Source: Haliotis rubra | Lineage: Eukaryota | Reading direction: 5' to 3' | NCBI RefSeq assembly: GCF_003918875.1 | Contig: NW_025767151.1 | Coordinates: 744,001 to 808,000, forward strand | DNA: 64,000 bases | Shown here: piece after piece, positions 12,564 to 23,394 of the stretch | How positions within the stretch are numbered: position 1 is the first letter of the stretch | Layout: each line of letters begins with the position of its first letter | Notes under the pieces: model-generated | What the model saw: only the letters and a program-made list of their open reading frames with translations | The model's database searches: none | Told to the model about the DNA's origin: nothing | Translations under genes and position numbers: made by a program

Positions 12564-13167
12564 GGCACAGTCCAACCACGATCCCGCCGACCACCAACGC
12601 AGTTTTGCGATGGACATGCCGCTGATTGTTTGCCTGAACGTGCGGGGGCAGCTGCTGCTGTTGTTGTGGTGGTGCTACTTCTACTTCCTGTGTGGGTACC
12701 ACGATGCCCGTTTCCTACTGCGACACAACTCGACTCGTGTCGAGTGACGTCCACTCTGTTCACCCTCAGTCGTATGTCGCTCGGAGCCATGTACAGTTCC
12801 GCACCGAACACGTAGTCGACTTTCGACCGGGCGTATTCCAGCGCGTCATAGCGTTCAATGGCACTCGGTAGATCGACCGGTCTAGCAATGGCATCCTCGA
12901 CATTAGCCACGAATTGTTTCTGCGCGTCATAGGCCGTCCCTTCATGACCCACGATGCTGGAACGCGTTTGCGTCTGAGCACCCAGCACGGCCCACACATA
13001 CGTACTGTTTTCACATTCGTGACCGAAAACCTGTAATTTTTAAACACGTCAATGAACCGAACCATGAAATGTAAACCATCCTTTGCATTGACCACAATAC
13101 TCGGTTGCGTGAGATAGGTAGCACTTTTATTGTCAGTTTTAGAATAAAACACTCCCGGTTTGTACAT
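12541..13167 (-). pseudogene. Viral protein of unknown function with C-terminal TM anchor
   Basis: MYKPGVFYSK..., frameshift or deletion, TYVWAVLGAQTQTRSSIVG...LEYARSKVDYVFGAELYMAPSD, then a T/A-rich linker and a frameshifted tail KTALVVGGIVVGLCLIWLQIA*. Confidence 0.55.
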
Positions 13168-13209
13168 ATTTGAATTGTTATATTTTAGTATACATATCTA
13201 CTTTTCAAT

Positions 13210-13860
13210 ATGTACGTGACGCTTCCGGGAATCACGAGCGACGAGTCCATTCAACTGCTGCACGCGATCGATAAGTCGCGCTCTGCGATATCACCTACTA
13301 CCCGCGATGGACCAGCATCAACGGTAAAAACAACAGGCTGTTCGTCAATAACGCCCACAACCAAATAACGGACGGCTACTACAGCGTGTGCTCGCTTCAA
13401 ACCCGTGGGAGCTGAACTCAAAATGAACGACTCGAACGGCACGGTCATGTTAGCCAACAACAGAAAAAACGACTTGAGACTCAGTCGGCCGTTGGCTAAA
13501 ACGCTCGGGTTTACGTCAAACGACATACCACCGGAAACAACCGTGACAGGCACGAAATTACCCGATCTCGTTCAGTATCATGAACTGTGCATTCATCTCA
13601 ATCAGTTGAGCACGACCGACAACTTTCAAGGCGAACGACCTTCCACACTGCTAAGAGCCGTGCCTGTGAAAACGGAAAAGTACAACGACGCCAGAACCGA
13701 ATCGTTTTCGTTGCGGCATTACAAGAAATTAATCCGAAGCAACATCACGGAATTGAAAATATCGGTTTTAGATGTTAAACACGATCCCGTAAGTATAATA
13801 TATCTCAGCGCGACGCTGCACATGGTCCAGGAACACGCATTAGAAAATACACCAACATAG
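13210..13860 (+). pseudogene. Putative single jelly-roll minor capsid (penton) protein
   Basis: MYVTLP..., (fs) ALCDITYY...ITDGYYSV..., LAKTLGF...LCIHLNQL...PSTLLRAVPV...YKKL...ITELKISVLD...ATLH. This fits the Polinton penton motif order (GxY, LGF, LLRxxP, YxxL, terminal LH). Confidence 0.7.
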
Positions 13861-14632
13861 CAATCTCCGACCTCGGGGACACATGCGGATTCCACGAACC
13901 CCGAGTCGACGGCAAACTGTACGCCTTGCAACTGAAAAACAGAATTTACAAACGCGTCGACCTAGGCGATTTCGTTGATACCGAAGGAGCGGTCAACAAC
14001 ATGCGATACGACCTGAACTGCAACGACGAAGACGAATGGACAATAACCCCAGCGTTCCACGGCAGGCTGTTCCACCCGGACGACGTCGAGGTCACGGCCA
14101 TCTCCAGAAACACGCAGTACATTCTCATCTTCAACAACGACAACAAATGGGTATCAGTGCCATCCAAAATCGACTGGAATCTTAACATCACGCTCGACTC
14201 TCCCCACGTTTTCACGGACAAGAAAGATCACTACCTGACGAAAGTCGTGAACAACGGAACGCTTCTCGTGGCTTACGTCCCTATGCAAAGACGCAGCATG
14301 ATCGTCAGCACGTTGAGGCAAAGAGTAGCCCACATGCTGTCGAGCAAACCCGGGACGCAAAACGTGGGATTGCAGATGGTGTTGGAATTCGACAACGTGG
14401 TAGATGTCCTGGAAAATCTGCCAGCAAAATCCACGCTGTACATCCAAGTCTACCTTGGCGAACCGCCGTCGGCGCGTGACGTCGTCGAAATCGTAAAAAA
14501 AGAGTATATATACAGGATGGGAATGTACCCAGTCGTGGATGAAGTAGCAAAAACACTGGAAACCGTAGACGGGTTTCGTTTGCAACAGATATGTGAGATC
14601 AAACAACAATTAAAACGTGAACGCGATACATC
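13822..14632 (+). pseudogene. Viral ORF(s) of unknown function; the last ~40 codons (MYPVVDE...FRLQQICEIKQQL) are probably the truncated start of a separate gene
   Basis: The 248-aa ORF (13926-14672) extends upstream in frame to ~13829 and has the same composition as the other viral genes. It runs out across the insertion boundary. Confidence 0.5.
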
Positions 14633-15802
14633 ATCACATATATGCGTTCACAATACGTTAGAGTCATGTTAAAAGAGGATGGTTGATATTAATTTCAAAG
14701 ACTAAAATAATAATTTTAGGCGTATCCAAAAGGAATCACAGAGACATTCAAAGTAGGGGGATATATTTTGGGAAACGTGGAATCCTATCAATATCTTGAT
14801 GTTATCTTGCAAACAAATATTAAAATTTACTAGTTCGATTATCAGAGCAAGCCAAGGGTGAATTTACATTTACCAATTGGGTGTCAAGCTTTTTGACGCA
14901 CGGGTGATACCAATTCTTCATTACGTTAGGAAAATATGGGGATTTGAAAATCTTCTATACTCTGAGCAAAAATGAAACGCAAAAGTGAAGAAATTGGAAT
15001 TATCTGACAGAAGTTTGCTAATGTCGCAGGGTTTTATAACACGACCTCTGGGCTGGTGTTCAATCGCTTTATTCTGCCATTTGGGGTTGGTCAAACACGA
15101 CCGTGCCATAAATGTATCTGTAAATAGGGAAATTACATGAAGGGCTGCCACTGCCAGCATGGTGTGTCCATATATCAATACAACAAGTAAAACTATTGTG
15201 ACATTTTACATAAAATATTATATATCTGAAAGTTAATGGTTACTAAACCATTAAATGTATTTAACTACAGGGTTACACCTGACTTAATTATGAGAAATTG
15301 TTATAATATGAACAATTCAAACAAACTTGCGTACCTGTAATTAGGAAATTACATGAAGGGCTGCCACTGCCAGCATGGTGTGTGCCGGGCACATGGCACA
15401 TGCAGCTTTTATATCACCTGAGTGCACAGACTGCAGGAGCAGCATGTGCCAGAGCCCAGGATGTACCTGTCGGCAGCCAGCTCATCTGTATGGCAAGCTG
15501 TTAGGGACAAAAATTGTAAAATGTGCCAGTGGTGCTGTGCTGTACATTGTGTGAACAATTGAACCTGTGACACTAATATTCATACAAAGTGAATACGGGT
15601 TCTTCACTCACCACGGCCATCTCCACTGCTACAGCGATGTCAGGATTATGTGGGGATTCAGCCCAGACAGTGACGAACCGTCTATTCACCGGAGATATTC
15701 GCGCTGGACGACCAATTTGAGACGTCGTTCTGACTGATCAGCATCCTTACATAGCAAAACTGACAACGGTCCTTTCAGGAACTACAGCATCCGAGTACTG
15801 CT

Positions 15803-17115
15803 GACCCGTGAAGATCCGGGGTTGAATAGGTCTTCAGCAACCCATGCTTGCCACAAAAGGCGACTATGCTTATGCGACTAGCGGGATCGGTTGGTTAGGC
15901 TCGCTGACTTGGTTGACACATGTCATCGGTTCCCAATTGCGCAGATCGATGCTCATGCTGTTGATCACTGGATTGTCTGGTCCAGATTCGATTATTTACA
16001 GACCGCCGCCATAATGCGACTTCATCCATCAGAGAAACCCACTTTGGTGTACCACAAGGCTCTGTGCTTGGTCCGATTTTGTTTTCACTGTACATTCTTC
16101 CAATGGGCAATATCATCAGAAGTCACAACATAAAATTCCATGGTTATGCAGATGATAACCAACTCTACATAGGAATTATACCAGCTAATGTTGAACACGC
16201 AAAAGATGTCATGGAGAGCTGTATCGCTTACATCAAGATATGGATAACAAACAACTTTCTGAAACTCAACGACGACAAATCTGAGTTCATGATTATTGGA
16301 ACTAGGCAGCAGCTTCGCAAAATAGGCGAGTGTAGTCTCACAGTTGGAGATCAGTCTATCTGCCCTGTGCCCCAGGTGAAGAATCTTGGTGTTGTTTTCC
16401 GTTCTTCAATGTCACCGGAATCACAAGCCCTAACAGCAGCAAGATCAGCAACCTTTCATCTCCGCCGAATAGGAAAAATCCGCCGCTATTTGGACATTGA
16501 CACAACCAAACTTTTAGTTCAGTCATACGTCATCTCACGCCTAGACTACTGTAACTCCCTCGTGTCAGGAGCAGCAGCAATCCAACATCTCCAGCTTGTA
16601 CAAAACAGAGCTGCCAGGATCATAACCAGGACAAAATGTCAGGAACACATTACCCCTGTGCTGAGGTCGTTGCACTGGCTCCCAGTAAAGAGGAGAATAC
16701 AGTACAAAATAATTTGCATCTCCTACTCAACCCTCTATGACATCAATTCACCAGCTTACCTCAAAGACATCATCGAAATATATCGTCCAAATCGTGTCTT
16801 GAGGTCTGAGAAAAGAGGCAGCCTGAAAATGCCAGCAACAAAAACATCCGTTGGAGACAGAGCTTTCAGTGCTGCTGCACCAGCTTTGTGAAACTCTCTG
16901 CCAGTTGAACTGAGATCAGTATCTTCCCTGGAAGCATTTAAGAGCCAACTAAAAACTCATCTTTTTCTAGCTACCTACTAGTTTCTCCACTTTCTCTGCA
17001 CAGCGCCACTGAGCAGCACTGGTTGGAAATTAGGCGCTTAAACAAATGCATTAATATTATTATCATTATAGCTGGAATATTGCTGGGTGCGGCGTAAAAC
17101 TAAACTCACTCACTC
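15803..17115 (+). mobile_element. SINE-like family B element split by a LINE (halves 15803-16013 and 17069-17115)
   Basis: The halves rejoin as gaccgccgccata|tagctggaatattgc, as in the uninterrupted copy at 45962-46090. TSD-like tactgct. Other copies at ~49383, 51071, 55985, 57100(-) and 62185(-). Confidence 0.85.
16014..17068 (+). mobile_element. 5'-truncated L2/CR1-group LINE (RT C-terminal part, ORF 16064-16891)
   Basis: [45 protein letters not shown] and GDRAFS motifs; (ATT)n-like tail. Confidence 0.9.
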
Positions 17116-19706
17116 CAGTTACTGCTATGGCCCTCAAGGTCACCAGATCTAAATCCCATCGACCATTTATTGGATGCTCTTGATCAACGTCTGCGTCAGT
17201 AACAGCCACAAAACTTTCAACAGTTGGCTACAACCAGAGCAGGAAGAGTGGGTGAACATTCAGGACACAGTTCGTGTCTGGACTCTCATGGTGGTCATAC
17301 AAGATATTGAGAACTGATGACCATCACCGTGACATTCGATTGTTTCATGTATGCCGTGATGAACCTTTGTCGGTGACAGTAACTTGTGCCTAATTTGAAC
17401 AATGTATTAATATCTGTTGATTATTTGCATAATACACAAAGAATGCATCTGAAAACCCTTTTACGATTCTTTGTGTTTGCAGAGTATCTTACAAAGATTA
17501 TGCACTTTCGTTGTGTTTGAACACTTTCGTCACTAACAAAGAGTACTCCAAAAGTTATAATATATGGGGAATCAGTCAAAATTGAAATGATATATTTTCG
17601 GGCATGAATTCTGATTGGGAATTAAAAAAAATAGATATCTTTCTTAATGTATTAATTACTTTTTAATGACAATTTAATGCGTGTATGGGATATGCATAAC
17701 ACATGCTTAAAATAATAACATGCATAAAACAAATGTTTGACGAACTTACCAAACAGTCAAAGCTTGAATTGTACCTCTAACATCGGTGCTGGCAACCCGA
17801 GCGCACTAAAGTCCATATCAGTTGAGTCAACTGTACGGACCCGTGATGTCGGTGCTAACGTCCCGAGCCTACCCAGTCTAGACCAGCTCAGTCACCACGA
17901 TTCACATACTTCAGTGACGGGAGGAACTACAAAGTTCACTCACCCGTAAGATAAACTGAGTCATAAAGTGTTAACCGACACTTAATAAACAGTGGAACGC
18001 CTGTCGTAAGGAAATAGTTATCTTTATTTGTGTATCGTGCATTGTTATTAAGTCAATATATGTGGTAATGCTACAATGAGTCAGCGTACAGCCGGTAGCC
18101 TCCACAACGTGAGGAAGAAGCACAACTGAGCATGCGCATGATGATATTGGCTATACTGGACGTTTCACGTTCAAGTAGCTCACGTTTCACGTTCAAGGAA
18201 ATCACGTTCCAAGGCCAAGTAAATCACGGTCCAAGAACACACAGGCGTATATGGATAAAGATGGGAGTCATCGGACAATTTACTGAACAATTCGCCACGA
18301 TTTTGTCACACATTTCAACAGATAATTTACCAAAACGTCTCACCAGATATTTTAACAGATATTTCACCAGACATTTAATCAAACATTTTAATAGGTATGT
18401 GACAACTTACTTTCGTCGGACAACCATTGACATATTATTTTAGGAGGTAAAAGGAATTGATATTGTAAGAAATTGCGTCCGTCTTTAGCCCAGCTGAAAT
18501 CCCTGGGCGGTAGGGTAGCCGAGTGGTGAAAGTGTTCGCTCGTCAAACCGAAGACCCAGGTTCGATTCCCAACATGCGAACAATGGTGTAGTGGTTCCAC
18601 ATGCTGCGACCATGGAAACCTTCAACCCAACAGGTGTTGACGTAGTCAGGGAAGGTTTCGTACGGTGTGGAGCGTCATCAGGGACAACACGTCACTTATA
18701 GGAACAGGCGGCACAGTATGCATCTGCCAATCTGTTGTTCGTGATTCCAAATACATTGTCCATAATGGAAACATTATACTACACCAAATCAGATTCGTAG
18801 TTTAACGAGCACTTTTCGTAGGAAACCGTCAATGAATCATCTGACGGCTGTGGTTGGATGAGTTTTGTGTTTTATAATGAACATCCATCTAGTAATTAAA
18901 ACTGACCACATATTTTACAATATTTGGTGTTGTCTTTTTTAACAAGATAACTAGTGCTGAATGAGCGCAGAGATATTTTCAAGCAGGTGGCATTTTGTGC
19001 GGAACTGGGGTTGGTGTGTTCAGCTACCTGTACTCGGAAACAGAATTTTTAACCTTGCCAAACTTTGTGGGTTTTTGTTTTGCAGCTTTAGAACTGTGCT
19101 GTGCTTGTATGTACATGTCATGGCTGTTAGCAGCCTGGTTATTTTTAAAGAAACTATGAAATTACTATGAAAAACACTGGGTTTTATGCAACGTCCAGGT
19201 TGACATGGGGAATGGGCAGCTGCTTCATAGACTGTAAACACACGTGTTATAACGTCATCACCGACGTCGGAGAGTAACGCTGAAACGTAAACCATGAAGC
19301 TTGTGACATTAACATTAAGATTATTGTAACTAAGTAACCATCATAGTTTGGTAACACTTGTAGGTCACATACACAAAATTGTGAATTTTATAGAAACAAT
19401 ATATGTTTATGATTTCTATGAAACAAACCATCTTATTTTACCTGAAAGCCCCCTCTCTCTAGATCGACGGAGCAGGATCCTGGGCCCCCCTTACTGTTTT
19501 CTGGTTAGCAAGAAAGGTATCTGATTTTGATCAGATAGATGGCTATGTTGATTTCTGTAGTCTGTGACGGTGTTGTCTTTGGAGACACGTCTGTCAGCTG
19601 CACTCTGACCCCTTGGACTAAACCTGTAATCTATGTACAACATAAACTGACCCCCAAGCTTAGGAATGAACTGTGTATTGACGTGAACGTTTGTCATGAT
19701 GCAATG

Positions 19707-19877
19707 AGGGCGGTGGGATAGCCTAGTGGTTTAAGCGTTCACTCATCACACCAAAGACTGGGGTTCGATTTCTCACATTGGTACAAAGTGTGAAGCCCAT
19801 TTCTGGTGTCCCGGTCGTGATATTGTTGGAATATTGCTAAAAGCAGCGTAAAACCATACTCATTCACTCACTCACTC
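19707..19877 (+). mobile_element. SINE family A
   Basis: Full length, TSD tcatgatgcaatga. Confidence 0.9.
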
Positions 19878-20942
19878 ATGATGCAATGAAAAACTATCAT
19901 ATATGTATATATTTGCAGGCTACTTGTTATTTGTAATGACTAAACATTTTGAATTTCAATCACTTTTCTGAGTGTTTATAATTGACTTTATTTGAACACT
20001 TACATTCAGTGGTATTTCAAACAACAACGTCTTCACTATCTGTGTCAACCCGACTAACCAACCCACGATACGGACAGTAAGCTGGTGTTTACCCGGTAAG
20101 CAGAGACAACACCCTTTACAGTCTGCAGGGTGTCGGAAAAGTGAGCTTAGCCCACTTCTCTGCGTCCATGCACTTCGTAGGGTCAGTCGGTATAGTTTGG
20201 GGAGGATACCATAAGGGCTCTCGCACTGTCTTTGAGATGGGATGTCGCAATTGTTTCAAGAAGCGTGCTTCCAGAACGGAGGATGACTAGACATTTGGTA
20301 ACAGTCTGAACAGCGGAAATATACTTTCATAAAAACCGGATATTTTACGTACATCTGATTATTTAGCACATGTTTCATTATAATGAGCGACCATGAAATG
20401 TGCGTTAGGTCGTTTTCCAACATACCAAACAAACGCCGTTTAAGGAAATGCTGATAATAAAAACATTAAGTATAAGTGGAAGAGGCAGCTTGGAAGGTTG
20501 CAGAATCATGTTCCTTAGAGCGAAGAATGTGCAATGTATTAGGGCACAGGGATGTAAGAATACTATATGAATGTGTTCATGAATAGAATCCTTACTTGGG
20601 TTCATATTCTGAAGAGGTCTCTGTATAAAGAAAAGCTTTAGTGTTTTCCCCTTGTTTCCCCTAATGTTAGGAGTTAGTTTACTGACATTCACATGGTGAC
20701 AATTACTGGAGTGTCTGGTCCAGGCCCGGGTTGTTTACAAACAACATCATACAGTTGTAATACTGCCGAAACAAATATCTGCTCATGATATAGTCACAAT
20801 TGTACAATCGACTCTGCTTTTGACAGAGAGTTGTTATGAATGTCGAAAGGGTTTTGTCGCTTCTACTAGGCACCAAAATATCGCTTATGGAGGTGTATTC
20901 TAAACACTCATGCATTTTAAAGCATAATTGTTTAACAAACAA

Positions 20943-21040
20943 TGGCAGTCAATACAAGGAAGCTTCAATACAAGGAAGCTTCAGGCAGTCAATACAAGGA
21001 AGCTTCAGACAGTCAATACAAGGAAGCTTCAGGCAGTCGA
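20943..21040. repeat. 24-bp tandem repeat, ~4 copies
   Basis: Unit ggcagtcaatacaaggaagcttca. Confidence 0.85.
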
Positions 21041-22010
21041 TACGACATTTCAGATACAGACAGTTGACAACAAAGCTACTCAGGCGTGTGCTTTTCGATG
21101 TCGTTAATCGGAAGCTGTTTGTATAATCTGGAAAAAAAGACCATTCAGTTTGAAAGGACAATACACTGCACACACACTTGTAATCACACCCGGGTTTCCG
21201 CATAGGAATGTTTTTAGATGTGCTCTCGTGTATACACATATATTAAATCATGTATACTTGCTTCTATACTGCTATGTATTTGCAGCAAAAAGGGAAGCGG
21301 TTTTACAGATGGGGCATATTTTAATAAGGGTATAAATTCACTCAATTAAGATGAATTAAGTTGAACTTTGACTCACTTTGATTCATTTCAACACAAACAC
21401 ACCCACACACACCCACACACACAAACGTTATGTTTGATGTTACACTTTCAGAGGAAAGAACAGATTCGAATACTTCTTTTGGTAAAGTGAGAAAAAGTAA
21501 ATCCAAATATAAAATATGGAAATAAATGGCCGAGTGATGAATCAAATTCATCAGCGATGACGGCCGCTCTAAGAGTGTGGGTTCGAATCCTTCATGAGAG
21601 TCAACCCCAAAAAGAGAATCTAAACTTTATTCAGAAACTGAAATCCTGAATATATCTTTTGTTACATCTGACAATTTTCTAAATGGCGTTTACCATGAGC
21701 TTTTGAGCAGAGGAAAATATTCTCTCCCAAACCCTTTCGCCCATGATAACTAATTAGCTGAATTAATTTAAAATAGGTTTAATTATCCGTCGTTATAAAT
21801 GTTAATATACATGTATAAAAACATTAGATTAATATTAAATTAAATTAAGTTTTTGCAGACCTGCCCTGGATGACCTTTTCTATAAATACACAGGTCAGAT
21901 TTAGAGTGTCAGCATACATATTGTCATGTACCTGCGTGCAACTGACCCGTACTGTGTTCAATGACACAACATAATCTACCCCACCCGCCAACTGTTGGCT
22001 GGGTGACTGC

Positions 22011-22169
22011 TATATAAGATGAGCGGTTTCAGACAACTACCAAGGGCGAGACCGGAACCACTGGTTGGGTTCAGAGCTTTTACAAATTCTGGTGAATAAG
22101 CCGGTAAACAGCAAAACCTGTTCAAGGTGCGTGTCCTACCTGAGGTTTTCACAAGGCTACAATGAACAA
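22011..22169 (+). promoter_or_regulatory. Candidate TATA promoter and first exon of the + strand laccase
   Basis: TATATAAG at 22011 and a donor ATGAACAA|GTAAGG at 22169/22170. Splicing to the acceptor at 36546 gives in-frame ATG AAC AA|G ATG (MNK-MRYVQ). Confidence 0.4.
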
Positions 22170-22459
22170 GTAAGGCATTATTTATATTGTATAACTCTGT
22201 TCTTCATGTGTTAGATATGAATTATTTTTATTATTTATTATGGGTTTTGCAACGGTATACGTTGCGTTAAACAATTGAACTCTTAAAACGTCTCACTAGG
22301 AGAAACGATTCTGCATTTTTACATGTCATACCCGGAACATGCATGTATTGTACATTTCCTGTCAGGGGCGAACTGTCAATATCACAGTTACAATTTAAGG
22401 ATTAAATCAGACAAAATCACTTTTAAATGTCAGCGTTCGTTACCATGTACAAATCGGGT

Positions 22460-22523
22460 TATCCTTGTTCCCGGGCCTCTCATTAGTCTATATAAACTAA
22501 TGAGAGGCCCGGGAACCAGGATG
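22460..22523. mobile_element. 64-bp fold-back mini-MITE with 9-bp TSD
   Basis: atccttgttcccgggcctctcattagt-loop-actaatgagaggcccgggaaccaggat, flanked on both sides by aaatcgggt. Confidence 0.85.
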
Positions 22524-23394
22524 AAATCGGGTCCCCTTATGTTCAAATCTGGTAACGTACGTAGGTAGCGACGCTCCACAAAGGGTTTCTCTGAATTACT
22601 TTAAATCTAATCATAGAACAAATATTATGTAGGCATTTCTATCAATTACAGATAGTTATAAACTATAGTCTATTAAACTGCCTGACTCCACTTTGCCCAC
22701 CTACCGATCTTTCTGTCTGTCTGTCTTTATGTTAGTTGATGCATATTCGCGTACATTTGTTTACATTCATTCCACGGCCATGGTTTTGACCCAGTGATTG
22801 GAGTGTAAGGAGAGTTGGGTACCCTTGCCTTTGTTCTTACAAATCCTTATGTGCTTTAATATGATTGCCTGAAATATTACCATTCAATACGTTTTTAATA
22901 ATATACAGAAAATATATAGACAAAAAGTTGACATCTTTGATGGGCATTTTACAAGTTGAGTTGATGAAGAATGATGACAATTTTTATGCCTATATTACTT
23001 CTATTTATTCTGTGAAATGTCAGGTTGGCTCCTCCAAGCCAAATTTGACTACTCCATAACCAAAGTGAAACTTTAATACTGTAAACAGTTGGAAGGAAAA
23101 CAATCTCTTTCCGCATTTGGTTGCAACTGTTTGTATATACCCACACTTAAATTGTGGATGTAATGGTTCAAATCGAAGTGTCATTGATACTGAAACTCAA
23201 TCAGAGGTGCCCTTAGGCTGACATGTATGTCATATTCTTCTCTCCGGACTGATATGGACTGAGATATTTAATAAAAAAGTAAGCTCTAAATCCTTCTTTT
23301 GAACGAAATCTGTCACAATAATTGATTTCTTTATGCACAGCATTGCTGGGATTTGTACAAAATGCATTTAAGTAGACTCTCGTTTCAAGACTTG

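Larger units (their letters stand above)
8638..14652. mobile_element. Insertion containing a decayed endogenous Polinton/Maverick-like virus (viral part ~9132-14630)
   Basis: The paralogous empty site at 23884-23907 (cgaaggagttacaaaatacgttag) is split here into ...cgaaggagttacaaa (ends 8637) and atacgttag... (starts 14653). The interior is GC/CpG-rich and intronless, with tightly packed ORFs showing ATPase, capsid and integrase-tail motifs. Confidence 0.8.
15600..17310 (+). pseudogene. Tc1-like transposase 3' remnant split by nested insertions
   Basis: Joining ~15802 to ~17127 restores NYSIRVLLWPSRSPDLNPIDH...HGGHTRY*. Confidence 0.75.

Noticed and set aside
9132-14632. Bacteriophage contamination or prophage
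   Set aside because: The genes are pseudogenised and embedded in host DNA that is collinear with a paralogous empty site. The motif set fits eukaryotic Polinton-like elements.
18950-19300. Possible THAP-like/transposase exon
   Set aside because: No complete Cys/His motif in any frame.
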